Source: Promethearchaeota archaeon (GTDB lineage: Archaea > Asgardarchaeota > Lokiarchaeia > Sigyniarchaeales > SOKP01). From it: DNA of 64,000 bases. Below the pieces are notes generated by a model that made no database searches, was not told the DNA's origin, and saw only the letters and a program-made list of their open reading frames with translations. Of this stretch, positions 49,140 through 59,827 are shown piece by piece (within the stretch, counting starts at the first letter, position 1; each line of letters opens with the position of its first letter). Made by a program: the position numbers and the translations under genes. The DNA lies in the NCBI GenBank assembly GCA_048938895.1, contig JBHLLU010000002.1, forward strand, positions 1 through 64,000. Direction: 5' to 3'.

Positions 49140-50090
49140 GTGAATATTATTAAAAAAGAAATTCTTAATATTGGTCATCTTTCAACAGCGTATCATACCA
49201 ATTTTATATTAATGGGGGATGATAAGTTAGAAAAAGATTTAGGCGTAAATGTCAATTGGTCATTGTTTGGTACAGGTCCTCTAATGGTTGAAGCGTTTAA
49301 AAGAGGAGAACTGGATGTGGGGTATATGGGGCTACCTCCTGCGATAATTGGTATAGATAATGGTGTTCCAATTAAATGCGTTGCAGGGGGTCATGTAGAA
49401 GGCACTATAATGATTGGAAAAAAGAAATATATGCCAATTTCAAAATTTAATGGTGAGATTTCAGATGTTCTCTCTCAATTCAAGGGTCACGCAATAGGAA
49501 CTCCAAGTGTGGGCTCTATTCATGATGCAATTCTCAATTATTATTTAGAAAAATATAATATGAAAGAAGAGGTTGAAGTAGTGAATTATAAACAAGCTGA
49601 ATTCATAGCACTGGATATGAAAAAAGGAAAATTGGAGGGAGGCGTAGGAACTCCTGCTTTGGCAGTTTTTGCAGAAACTATCTTAGATTCTCATTTAATT
49701 ATTCCTGCTCATTATTTATTAGCATACAATCCTAGTTATGGTATTTTCTTTCATGAATCGATTATTGAAGATTATCCTGAATTCGTCACAATATTTCTTA
49801 AGCATCATAAAAGAGCGTCATATTTACTCCGAGAATCTCAAGATGAGGCGGCAGAAATAATTGGAAGAACATTTTCGATTCTTAAGAACAATATTCCTTA
49901 TGTAAAGGCTGTCCTTGAAATTTCATCTAAATATTGTATAGCCCTTTCTGAAGGATATTTAAAATCAACTGATGGCTTTATAAATACAATGTACAATCTC
50001 GGTTATATAAAAGAAAGACTCACCCGAGATAAAATTTATAATTTTAAGTTCGTTACTGATGTACATCCAGAAAACGAGCACTATAAATGA
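49140..50090 (+). CDS. SsuA/NMT1/THI5-like solute-binding-fold protein without signal peptide
   Basis: IGHLSTAYH, FGTGP..VEAF..GELDVGYMGLPPAIIG, GTP..GSIHD; no N-terminal hydrophobic stretch. Confidence 0.8.
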   Translation: MNIIKKEILNIGHLSTAYHTNFILMGDDKLEKDLGVNVNWSLFGTGPLMVEAFKRGELDVGYMGLPPAIIGIDNGVPIKCVAGGHVEGTIMIGKKKYMPISKFNGEISDVLSQFKGHAIGTPSVGSIHDAILNYYLEKYNMKEEVEVVNYKQAEFIALDMKKGKLEGGVGTPALAVFAETILDSHLIIPAHYLLAYNPSYGIFFHESIIEDYPEFVTIFLKHHKRASYLLRESQDEAAEIIGRTFSILKNNIPYVKAVLEISSKYCIALSEGYLKSTDGFINTMYNLGYIKERLTRDKIYNFKFVTDVHPENEHYK

Positions 50091-50100
50091 ATACTCCAAT

Positions 50101-50466
50101 TTATAATGAGATAATAAGTTGCCCTTCTTCTTGATACTTCAATAATAGGTCCGCAACTACATTTGATTCGACTAGCTCTATCCCATTTATTAATTCCGAT
50201 TTATCTAAACCAATAAGATTGGCCGCAAGATCGCAACATTTAAAATGTATCCCAAGTTCAAGACATTCCTGTATTTCTTCATCATATCTCATTCGACCAA
50301 CTTTATTTTTCTTACCAAGGATGATTCCCATTGGTCCCCATAAAACAACGGTAACATCAATTTGTTTACTTTTATAATACTTAGCAAATCGAATTATTTC
50401 TAATGGGCTAGTTGATTCATATATCATATCTTTAAGTAATAATAATGCTTTTGTTACCTTTCCCAT
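50101..50466 (-). CDS. DsrE-family protein
   Basis: VTVVLWGPMG, LG.HFKCC..AA..IG, LINGIE. Confidence 0.7.
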   Translation of the reverse strand: MGKVTKALLLLKDMIYESTSPLEIIRFAKYYKSKQIDVTVVLWGPMGIILGKKNKVGRMRYDEEIQECLELGIHFKCCDLAANLIGLDKSELINGIELVESNVVADLLLKYQEEGQLIISL

Positions 50467-50678
50467 TTGATTTGAACAACTCTTTTACAAACTTTATTTA
50501 AGTATAACTTATAGGATATTTATCAAATTAATATAAATTTTTCTTTAATGACACATAGAGTATTATTATAAATCATTAAAGTAAAAAATAAATGTCTCAA
50601 AATCTATTTCTTTCTTTAGAAGTTATAATATAGAAAAATCTTCAGCTTCTTTTTTGAAAAAGAATAGAGAATAAAGAT

Positions 50679-51497
50679 TTGATTTTTATGTCATTTACTC
50701 ATGAACAAATAGAAAGGTATTCCCGTCAAATAGTCTTAAAAGAGATAGGAGGAATTGGTCAGGAAAAGTTATTAAAATCGACGATTACCATAATTGGTTG
50801 TGGAGGATTAGGTTCTCCTGTGGCTTATTATCTTACTGCAGCAGGGATAGGAAAATTAAAACTTATAGATTTCGATGTGGTTGATCGTTCAAATTTACAT
50901 AGACAAATCCTTCATTTTACTAATGATATTGGTAAGAAAAAAACAAAAAGCGCAATGGAAAAATTACATAAATTAAATCCTGATGTAGAAATTGAAGTAA
51001 TTAATGAAATTTTATTACCAAATAATATTAAAGGGATAATAAGGGGTTCTGATTTTGTTATAGATGGCTCTGACAACATACCTACAAAGATGCTCATAAA
51101 TGATGCATGCATTCAATTGAATATACCCTTTTCCATTGCAGGAGTGGTACGATTTAATGGACAAATCATTACTGTGAATCCTAATGAAAAAACTGCTTGC
51201 TATAGATGTGTTTTCGGGGATATAACTGAAAATAATTCTACCATGTCATGTTCTCAAGCAGGAGTAATCGGATTGATTCCTGGTATAGTCGGATCTATTC
51301 AAGCTAATGAAGCAATTAAAAGCATTTTAAATATTGGGGATTTGATAACCAACCGCATGCTTTTTTTGGATTTACTTAAATATAGGTTTAGCTTCATAGA
51401 TGTAACCCGAAATGAAAAGTGCTTAGCATGTGGGAATAACGCTGTAGACTTAGTTGATACACACGATTATAGGATAGGTGATGCATGTTTTGAATAG
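50679..51497 (+). CDS. ThiF/MoeB/UbaA E1-like adenylyltransferase
   Basis: RYSRQ, GCGGLG, D.VD.SNLHRQ, DGSDN, CYRC, SCSQAGV, CLAC. Confidence 0.93.
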   Translation: MIFMSFTHEQIERYSRQIVLKEIGGIGQEKLLKSTITIIGCGGLGSPVAYYLTAAGIGKLKLIDFDVVDRSNLHRQILHFTNDIGKKKTKSAMEKLHKLNPDVEIEVINEILLPNNIKGIIRGSDFVIDGSDNIPTKMLINDACIQLNIPFSIAGVVRFNGQIITVNPNEKTACYRCVFGDITENNSTMSCSQAGVIGLIPGIVGSIQANEAIKSILNIGDLITNRMLFLDLLKYRFSFIDVTRNEKCLACGNNAVDLVDTHDYRIGDACFE

Positions 51498-51750
51498 CAA
51501 AGTAGGAAATAATGAACAGATCCATAGATTAGACATTAGAGGAAAGGTTTGTCCAATGACGTTTGTCTATACAAAATTACATTTGGAAAAAATGAATACA
51601 GGAGAGTTATTGGAGGTTATATTGGATTTTCCCGCAGCTGTAAAAAATATTCCAGATAGCTGCAAACGTCAAGATCTAGGAGAAATTGTTGATATAAGAG
51701 AGATTAATGAAGCAAAAAAGGAATGGATGCTTATAATCAAAAAATTATGA
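51478..51750 (+). CDS. tusA: TusA/SirA sulfurtransferase (start possibly TTG 51490)
   Basis: LDIRGKVCPMT (CPxP-like), L.KM..GELLEVILD. Confidence 0.88.
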   Translation: MMHVLNSKVGNNEQIHRLDIRGKVCPMTFVYTKLHLEKMNTGELLEVILDFPAAVKNIPDSCKRQDLGEIVDIREINEAKKEWMLIIKKL

Positions 51751-52751
51751 CAAAAAGTAATACTTTGGTTAAATATCTAAAAGCAGTGGGCTTAATTTCA
51801 GGTGGTTTGGATAGCTTAACCGCATGTCTTCTAATAAAACAGCAAGGAATTGAAGTATTAGGATTACATATTGAATCTCCCTTTTGTCAATATAAAACTA
51901 ATTTGGACATTTTTCAAACAAAGTTAGGAATAAAAGTACACAATTTACCGCTGGAAGATGATTTCTTAGAAATTATTAAGAATCCTAAATTTGGATATGG
52001 TAAACACATAAATCCCTGTGTAGATTGTAGAATTTATATTTTGAAGAAGGCTAAAAAGTATATGAAAGAGATTAATGCGGATATTATTTTTACAGGGGAA
52101 GTTCTTAACCAAAGGCCAAAATCTCAACATTTAAAAGCACTTCATATCGTAGAGGAAGAGTCTGGACTCAAGGGAAAATTATTAAGACCTTTATCTGCTC
52201 TTCTATTAGAACCTACTATCTATGAAGAAAAAGGGTTAATAGATAGATCTAAACTTCTAGGAATAAAGGGAAGAAGTAGAAAGTCCCAATTAGAATTAGC
52301 TAGAAAGCATGGATTGTTGCAAGATTATTATGCTGGTGGAGGGTGTCTGTTAACAGATGAAAATTATGCAAATCGAATGGAAGATTCCTTAAAATTTGAT
52401 AATGTTCAAACAATAGAAGATATGAAAATCTTAAGATATGGAAGACACTTTAGATTTAACGATACAAAAATAATAGTTGGTAGAGAAGAAAAAGAAAATA
52501 ATATACTACTTAAACTTAGAAAACCTGAAGATTTAATAATGGAAGTTAAGGATGTTCCAGGGCCAGTAACTATAATTCAAGGGAAGATAAATGAAGATAC
52601 GTTAAATTATGCTGCTTCTCTTACACTAAGATATTCTGATTTAGAGGAAACTAGGGGAAGAGTCCTCTATGGAAACGATTACAAAAATCTTGACAAAATT
52701 ATTATCGCCAAAATTCAAACTGATGAAGATCTTAAAAAATACATCATATAG
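51747..52751 (+). CDS. PP-loop tRNA thiouridylase (ThiI/MnmA-like) with C-terminal DUF814/NFACT-R-like domain
   Basis: SGGLDS, NPCVDCR, TGEVLNQRPKSQ, LRPLSA, GGCLLTD, GRHFR, VGR...EN. Confidence 0.85.
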   Translation: MTKSNTLVKYLKAVGLISGGLDSLTACLLIKQQGIEVLGLHIESPFCQYKTNLDIFQTKLGIKVHNLPLEDDFLEIIKNPKFGYGKHINPCVDCRIYILKKAKKYMKEINADIIFTGEVLNQRPKSQHLKALHIVEEESGLKGKLLRPLSALLLEPTIYEEKGLIDRSKLLGIKGRSRKSQLELARKHGLLQDYYAGGGCLLTDENYANRMEDSLKFDNVQTIEDMKILRYGRHFRFNDTKIIVGREEKENNILLKLRKPEDLIMEVKDVPGPVTIIQGKINEDTLNYAASLTLRYSDLEETRGRVLYGNDYKNLDKIIIAKIQTDEDLKKYII

Positions 52752-52938
52752 GGAATTAGAAGAGAAAAATAATATTCTTTGAAAAACTAAACTGACATTT
52801 TACATACTTGTCTATATAAACATTACGGAAATAACCTTAATCAGCAAGATATAAATAAAAAATCTAATACTAATGAAATATCATTGCAATGTACTTGATG
52901 ATCTTTAGAAGATCATCTGAAAATTAGGTGTCTTTTTC

Positions 52939-55900
52939 GTGATTTCAAAAAAGAAAAATATTTCTGTAAATGAAGAGTATAAAGAAATAGTCCATAATCT
53001 CGATGTGGGATATTTTCGAGTTGGGTTAGATGGAACTATTCTAAAACATAATCCAAAATTCAACGAGATTTTTGGCATCTCTATAAATAAAAGTTTAGTA
53101 GGAACTAAATCATTTGATTTTTGGCAACAATCAGAGGAGAGAGACAAATTTATTGAAGAATTAACAAGGGTAGGGCATGTTAAAAATTATTTAGCTCACG
53201 CCAGAAAAGTCACTGGAGAAGAAATTGTTGTTCAAGGAAACTCTCATTTGGTGAAAAATGAAAATGACCATCCCATCGCAACTGAGGGGACAATCATTGA
53301 CATTTCCGAAAAATTTATCCTTGAACATAAGTTAAAAACTTCAGAAGAGAAATATAGGGATTTAATTGAATTTTTACCTGATACTATTTTTGAAACTGAT
53401 TTGGATTTAAACATTACCTTTGTCAATTCAGTTGGTTTTGAAAAATTTGGTTATGTAAAAGAAGACCTTGATAAAGGGATAAATATTGGTCAACTTATCG
53501 ATCCTAAATATAGGGAGAAAGCTTATTTGAAAATCAATGAGGTGCTTGAGGGAAAAGCAACTAAACCCGAAACATATTTAATTCAAAAAAGAGATGGAAC
53601 TCCAATTTATGCTAGAATTCATTCAAGACCTATTATAGAGAATGGTTCTATAGTAGGAATGAGAGGAACATTAACTGATATAAATGATAGGATTATAGCT
53701 GAAAAAAAATTAGAAGAATCCGAAGAAAAATATCGAATGATTTCTGAAAATGCAAATGATCTAATTGCCGTAGTTGATATGAATCTTAGCTATGAATACA
53801 TAAATAAAGGTTATGAATTATTAGGCTATACAAAAGAGGAGATTTATAATACTAGTGCTCCTGATTTAATACATCCTGATGATGTAAATCGAGCTGTTGC
53901 TGCATTTATGAAAGGGAAAGAAACAGGAACGGGCTCCGAAGAATTAAGAATAAGACGGAAGGACGGTACTTATTCGTGGTTTGAAGTACAAGGACAGCTT
54001 TTCAAAGATCGAAATGAGGAACAAAAAGCACTTCTAATTTCAAGAAATATAACTGAAAGAAAAAATTTTGAAGAACAATTAAGAGAATCTGAAAGTAAAT
54101 ATCGTTCCTTATTTGAAAATATGAATGCGGGATTTGCATATCATGAGGTTGTTGTGAATGAAATCAATCAACCCATTGATTATATTTACCACGAAGTTAA
54201 TCCTGCCTTTGAAAAGCTTACAGGTATGAAAAGGGAAGATTTGATAGGGAAACGAGTCACTAAAGCAATACCAGGAACGGAAAACGATCCAGCAGATTGG
54301 ATAGGGAAATTTGGGAATGTAGGACTTACAGGTGTTCCTTTAACAGTGGAAGATTATTCTGAAGCGATTGATAGATGGTTTAAAGTATCAGGATATTCTC
54401 CTAAAAAAGGATTCTTTGCCGTGACATTTACAGATATAACAGAAAGAAAAAAGGCAGAGCAAGATTTAATAGAATCAGAATTGAAATTCAGTACAATCGC
54501 AGAGCAATCATTACTAGGGATAGCAATATTGCAAAATGATAAATTCAAATATGTAAATCAAAGATTTGCGGAGATGGGTGATAGAACTGTTGAGGAAATA
54601 AGTAACTGGGGGCCTAGAGAATTTCTAGAAATGGTGCATCCAGATGACAGGAGTATAGTAATTGAACACGCAAAGAATCGACAATTAGGATTAGATAATA
54701 ATTATTCCAGCTATGAATGTAGAACTTTTAAAAAGACTGGGGGTTTGATGTGGGTTCAAACGTATTCTCGAACAATTATATTTAATGGAAAATCAGCGGA
54801 TTTAATCACCACAATTGACATAACGGATCGTAAGCTTGCGGAACAAGAGTTAATAAATTCAGAAGAGAAATATCGCAAATTATTCGAAAATTCTCCAATC
54901 GCCTTGATGGAACAAGACTTCTCAGATACAAAAAAATATATTAACCAATTAAGAACGTCAGGAGTTCAAGATTTTGAGAAATTTTTTGAAGATTATCCTA
55001 AAGAAGCATTAAAATGTATGGTAAAAGTAAAAATAATTGATGTGAATAAGAAAACTTTAGAGATCTACAAAGTTGAGAGTAAAGAGGACTATATTTTTAA
55101 AATGAATCGACCGCAGAATATTTTGGAAAATAATATGCCTGAGGAAATATTTTTAGATAATAAGAAGGAATTATTAGCTCTAATAAATGGTGAAACTGTT
55201 TATGAATCGGAAGTTGCATCCAAAACCCACGATGGTATAGATCTACATCTTTATGCTAAGACATCTATAGTTCCTGGTTTTGAAAAAACATGGTCAAAGG
55301 TAATATTATCTATTGTAGATATAACAGATAGAAAATTAACAGAACAGAAATTAAGAGCTTCTGAAGAGAAATTTTATCACCTTTATGAGAGTTCTCCTTA
55401 TGCGATTCTATTAATCAATATGAGGGGAGATATTGTAGATTGTAACTTATCAACCGAGAAACTTTTAGGTTTCAATAAAAATGAACTGATAGGAAAGCGT
55501 TTCCAAGAAGCAGTTTTCATTCCTAAACAGCATATATCCTTAACTATGGAAGATTTCAATACTCTACTTAAAGGAAAGAAAATAGAATCAAAAGAAGTTC
55601 AGTTGTATACAAAATCTAGAGATCTAAAATGGGTTTCATATCAAGCCTCAACATTTTTCATAGAAAAAGAAATGATAATTCAATTAAGCATTCAGGATAT
55701 TGAAGCAAGAAAGAATGCTGAAAAAGAATTAATTGATTCTGAGGAAAAATACCACAATTTATTTGAAACTTCTCCTAATATAATAATATTAGCTGATCCA
55801 AGAGGTACAATAGTGGAGTGCAACTCTGCGGTTGAAACTATATCTGGCTATTCTCAAGATGAATTCATAGGGAAAAATTTTATAGAATTAGAGATTTATC

Positions 55901-57693
55901 AAGAAGGGGGATTGAAAACTCTTTCTGAGGGTTTTATGGATTTATTTGGGGATAGTAAACTCGAGTATGTCGATCTACCAATAAATCATAAAGATCATCG
56001 TACTATTTGGATCCGTATTATTGCCAGTTTAATCACATTGAGAGGACAAAATTTCATTTTGGTTATAATTCATGATATAACTACCCAAAAGATAGCAGAG
56101 GAAGCCTTAAAAAGAAGTGAAGAACAATATCGTGATTTACTTGAAACCTCTTCCATAGGCGTACTGGAATATGATATGCTTAACAATAAATTAACATATA
56201 TTAATCCTAAATTGTTAGAAATAATTGGATATGAAAAAGGTGAATTAAACGAAGAAATTTTTATTAATAAACTGATATATCATAAAGATCTACAGAAATT
56301 GATTAGAACCAATGAAGAAGCAGATTTAGAATTTCGAATTTTTGATAAACAAGGGAAATTAAAGTGGTTATCAGGAAAAAGAATTCCTAACTATGGGGAT
56401 AACAACGAGATTATTGGAATTAGGGTGTGGTTGGATGATATTACGGAAAAAAAGATGTATGAAGAACTCATTTATGAGCTTAATGTTAATTTCCTAAATT
56501 TTACTACCGATATAAGAACCAATATTGAATTACTTCTAAATACTGCTATGAAGCTGTTGGGGGGAGATTATATAATATATGCACATAAAAATCATTATGA
56601 AGGAGAAAATCAATATCAAATAATCACTTCAGATAACGAAACTTACCTATTTGAACCAAAACAGTTTAAAGAACAACTTCTTCTGAGTGAAATCCTTATT
56701 GAGGGACACGATTTTCCTCAAATATTTTATGATATAGATGATGTCTCATTTGCTCAGTCTGATCCATTTATTAAGAAAGTTTCTGCTAAAGGGGCATTTG
56801 GAAAATTAATTAAGTCTCAAGAGGGGTTTGATAATTTGATATGTGTTTTATATAAAAACAACCCAATCATTACAGGTCAAGATAAATTGGTACTTTTTTT
56901 AATTTCTGATGCAATTGAAATTGAGCAACGGAGATGGCAAGTTCAACAAGATTTAGAGAAGCAAAATATTACATTAAATAAGATAAACAAATTAAAGACT
57001 GAATTATTTTCTAGAACATCACATGAATTAAAAACTCCCTTGATTTCAATTAAAGGATTTACTGAGCTTCTATTGACATTACATAAATCTAAGCTAGATA
57101 CTGAAACCATTTCAATACTTGAGGAAATTAAAGATGGAAGTAAACGTTTAGAGAAAATTATAAATCTTCTTCTTGAAAGCACCAAATTAGAGGCTGGGCA
57201 ATTAGCATTGAAAAAGTCTAAAGAAGATTTAACCTTCCTAATTAATTTTTGCGTGAAAGAACTAAAGGGCCTTGCACGATTAAGAAATCAAACCATAATA
57301 TTTGATATGGATGATACTATTGAAGCATTTTTTGATAAAGAAAGAATCTATGAAGTTATTTCAAATTTACTGCTAAATGCTGTTAAATATACACCTCCTG
57401 GAGGTGAAATTTCAATCCGAGTTCAACAAGATCAAAATTCATACATAATTTCTGTCAAGGATAATGGGATTGGGTTCACAGAAGAAGAAATGGAAAATGT
57501 ATTCAAGCAATTCGGTAAAATCGAAAGATACGGACAAGGCTGGGATGTAGCAATAGAGGGTACTGGACTTGGTTTATATATCACTAAAAAACTTGTTGAA
57601 CTTCATGATGGCAAGATTTGGCTAGAATCTGAAGGACGAAATAAGGGGAGTACATTCTATTTTTCAATTCCTAAAAGTAAAATAATATCGTAG
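52939..57693 (+). CDS. Soluble multi-PAS sensor histidine kinase
   Basis: Nine PAS modules delimited by D-I-T-x-R-K...SEEKYR linkers, a GAF-like segment, SHELKTPL (HisKA), NLL.NAVKYT, DNGIG, GTGLGL. Confidence 0.95.
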   Translation: MISKKKNISVNEEYKEIVHNLDVGYFRVGLDGTILKHNPKFNEIFGISINKSLVGTKSFDFWQQSEERDKFIEELTRVGHVKNYLAHARKVTGEEIVVQGNSHLVKNENDHPIATEGTIIDISEKFILEHKLKTSEEKYRDLIEFLPDTIFETDLDLNITFVNSVGFEKFGYVKEDLDKGINIGQLIDPKYREKAYLKINEVLEGKATKPETYLIQKRDGTPIYARIHSRPIIENGSIVGMRGTLTDINDRIIAEKKLEESEEKYRMISENANDLIAVVDMNLSYEYINKGYELLGYTKEEIYNTSAPDLIHPDDVNRAVAAFMKGKETGTGSEELRIRRKDGTYSWFEVQGQLFKDRNEEQKALLISRNITERKNFEEQLRESESKYRSLFENMNAGFAYHEVVVNEINQPIDYIYHEVNPAFEKLTGMKREDLIGKRVTKAIPGTENDPADWIGKFGNVGLTGVPLTVEDYSEAIDRWFKVSGYSPKKGFFAVTFTDITERKKAEQDLIESELKFSTIAEQSLLGIAILQNDKFKYVNQRFAEMGDRTVEEISNWGPREFLEMVHPDDRSIVIEHAKNRQLGLDNNYSSYECRTFKKTGGLMWVQTYSRTIIFNGKSADLITTIDITDRKLAEQELINSEEKYRKLFENSPIALMEQDFSDTKKYINQLRTSGVQDFEKFFEDYPKEALKCMVKVKIIDVNKKTLEIYKVESKEDYIFKMNRPQNILENNMPEEIFLDNKKELLALINGETVYESEVASKTHDGIDLHLYAKTSIVPGFEKTWSKVILSIVDITDRKLTEQKLRASEEKFYHLYESSPYAILLINMRGDIVDCNLSTEKLLGFNKNELIGKRFQEAVFIPKQHISLTMEDFNTLLKGKKIESKEVQLYTKSRDLKWVSYQASTFFIEKEMIIQLSIQDIEARKNAEKELIDSEEKYHNLFETSPNIIILADPRGTIVECNSAVETISGYSQDEFIGKNFIELEIYQEGGLKTLSEGFMDLFGDSKLEYVDLPINHKDHRTIWIRIIASLITLRGQNFILVIIHDITTQKIAEEALKRSEEQYRDLLETSSIGVLEYDMLNNKLTYINPKLLEIIGYEKGELNEEIFINKLIYHKDLQKLIRTNEEADLEFRIFDKQGKLKWLSGKRIPNYGDNNEIIGIRVWLDDITEKKMYEELIYELNVNFLNFTTDIRTNIELLLNTAMKLLGGDYIIYAHKNHYEGENQYQIITSDNETYLFEPKQFKEQLLLSEILIEGHDFPQIFYDIDDVSFAQSDPFIKKVSAKGAFGKLIKSQEGFDNLICVLYKNNPIITGQDKLVLFLISDAIEIEQRRWQVQQDLEKQNITLNKINKLKTELFSRTSHELKTPLISIKGFTELLLTLHKSKLDTETISILEEIKDGSKRLEKIINLLLESTKLEAGQLALKKSKEDLTFLINFCVKELKGLARLRNQTIIFDMDDTIEAFFDKERIYEVISNLLLNAVKYTPPGGEISIRVQQDQNSYIISVKDNGIGFTEEEMENVFKQFGKIERYGQGWDVAIEGTGLGLYITKKLVELHDGKIWLESEGRNKGSTFYFSIPKSKIIS

Positions 57694-57697
57694 TATT

Positions 57698-59827
57698 ATG
57701 GTTGAACAAGATTCAATAGTAAAAGGTTTATTAGAGGACCCCGATTCCTGTAATATTATTGTTGGTGCTGGATGCTCTATAGATAATCCTTCTAATATAG
57801 CTCCCTCTATCGGAATTATAGAAGCAATTATCAAGTTTACATGTGCTAAATCAGAAATAGAAAACATTTTGGGACTTGAAGGCTTACGCTTTGAAATACT
57901 ATTAGAAATTATCAGAAACCTCTTTGACAATGAATTGAAAATATTGGAATATTTAGAGAAATGCGATAAACCTAACAGTATCCACTTTTATTTATCAGAA
58001 ATGATAGATCGAGGAGTAAACGTTATAACAACGAACTTTGATTTCCTAATTGAGCATGCAATTATACAGTCAAACAAAAATCATGAAATGTTCAATTTAG
58101 TTATAACTGAAGAAGATTACCGAAGATTCGAAGATATTATTGAACATAAAAATAATGGAAAAAAGTTTTTGTTTAAAATTCATGGCTCTACAAAAGATAT
58201 ATTAAGGGGAAGAGATACTCAAGAATATTTTCTGTCTTTAATTAAAAAACTTGGTTCCTTCAAAACTGAATTCAACTTATTTTTTGTAGAACCATACAAA
58301 GGGGTTCTTTTTAACAAATTGTTTAATAAAGCTAATATAATCCTAATAGGATATTCTGGTCAAAATGATTTTGATATTATCCCGATTTTAAAACGATATC
58401 ATAAAATGAGAAGAATTATCTGGATTAATCATCTTGAAGACAAAAATGAAAAAGAAAAAATTACTCAAATTGTTAGCAACAGAGAAGAAAATGTTCAAAC
58501 AGAGGATAAGATAGATCAGATCCTTTTGGAGATTAAAAACCAAAACCCAAATATCGATTTAATCCGGATTGATACAAACCTTAGCAATTTTTTTAAAAGT
58601 ATATTAAATTATTACCCTGAACTTTCTGAAGAGAATTTTTCACTTAACTTTAGTGATTGGTTACCTGAGAACCTTGAGATACCCACTATGATGATGAAAT
58701 ATCTCATCCCTCATGTAATATATTTTAACTTTAACAGACTTGAGGACTCTTTCAGATGTGGTATTAGAGCTCTTGAATATATTGACAGTGCAGATAATCA
58801 GTGTCTTAAACAACTCATTTTAAATAATATTGGTTGGATTTATTATAAAATGGGAAACCTTTCCGAAGCAATCGAACACTTCAAAGAGGCAGCAACCATT
58901 GCTCAGGAGTTAGGTAAAAAAGATCAAGAGCTGGTGTATTTAAGTAATTTAGGAGATATAAATGAACGAATTCAAAATTTTCCACAAGCACTTGAGTACT
59001 ATAAAAAAGCTATGGCGCTAGCAGAAAATTCTGGAAACCTTATGGAAGAGTTAAGGATTTTGAATAGTGTTATAGAAGTTTATGAAATACTTGAAAATTA
59101 TTCTGATGCCTTAAAATTCTCTGAAAATGCATTAAAATTATCAGAAAGACTTGGTGATTTAAAGAAAAAAGCAATGGTTCTCAATAATATAGGTTCAATT
59201 TATTATAAACAAAATAACCTTGATTTAGCATTGGATTATTTCCAGCAATCAGAGAAAATATTCCGAAGAATAAACGATAATGAAAACATATCAATTTGCC
59301 TTAATAACATTGGCACAGTTTTTCAAAATTTATATGACTACCCAATAGCATTGAATAAATTTGAGGAAGCGATAGAATTTGATGAAAAATTACAGAATTA
59401 TAAAGGAAAAACTCAACATTTGCGTAAAATAGGAGAAGTCTATTTTGATCAGAATGATTATGTCAGAGCGTTAGATTACTTCAGGGATGCTATTGAAATC
59501 TCTAGGAAATTAAAAGATGAGAAAAGTGAACTTGAACTGCATAATTGGATTGGAAAAACATTTTTCTTTCTTAAAGAATATAATAATGCATTAAAAATAT
59601 ATAGGGATGGATTAAAAATAGCAGAAAAACATAATGATTTGGTGATTAAAGCAGATTTTCTCAATAATATTGCAGGATGTTATTATATGCAATTAAAGTA
59701 TAAAGATTCCTTAAGATATGCTCATGAGTCGTTATTGACTTTAAAACTGATAGGAATGGGAAAATCCATTAAAGCAATAACTTTGGAAAAAAAGATCCTA
59801 AATATTAAAAGTCTAATAAATTCATAA
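57698..59827 (+). CDS. SIR2-like domain plus TPR-repeat protein
   Basis: VGAGCS, ITTNFD, KIHGS, IGYSG.NDFDI, followed by about 8-9 LNNIG..Y...A..Y 40-aa TPRs. Confidence 0.88.
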   Translation: MVEQDSIVKGLLEDPDSCNIIVGAGCSIDNPSNIAPSIGIIEAIIKFTCAKSEIENILGLEGLRFEILLEIIRNLFDNELKILEYLEKCDKPNSIHFYLSEMIDRGVNVITTNFDFLIEHAIIQSNKNHEMFNLVITEEDYRRFEDIIEHKNNGKKFLFKIHGSTKDILRGRDTQEYFLSLIKKLGSFKTEFNLFFVEPYKGVLFNKLFNKANIILIGYSGQNDFDIIPILKRYHKMRRIIWINHLEDKNEKEKITQIVSNREENVQTEDKIDQILLEIKNQNPNIDLIRIDTNLSNFFKSILNYYPELSEENFSLNFSDWLPENLEIPTMMMKYLIPHVIYFNFNRLEDSFRCGIRALEYIDSADNQCLKQLILNNIGWIYYKMGNLSEAIEHFKEAATIAQELGKKDQELVYLSNLGDINERIQNFPQALEYYKKAMALAENSGNLMEELRILNSVIEVYEILENYSDALKFSENALKLSERLGDLKKKAMVLNNIGSIYYKQNNLDLALDYFQQSEKIFRRINDNENISICLNNIGTVFQNLYDYPIALNKFEEAIEFDEKLQNYKGKTQHLRKIGEVYFDQNDYVRALDYFRDAIEISRKLKDEKSELELHNWIGKTFFFLKEYNNALKIYRDGLKIAEKHNDLVIKADFLNNIAGCYYMQLKYKDSLRYAHESLLTLKLIGMGKSIKAITLEKKILNIKSLINS

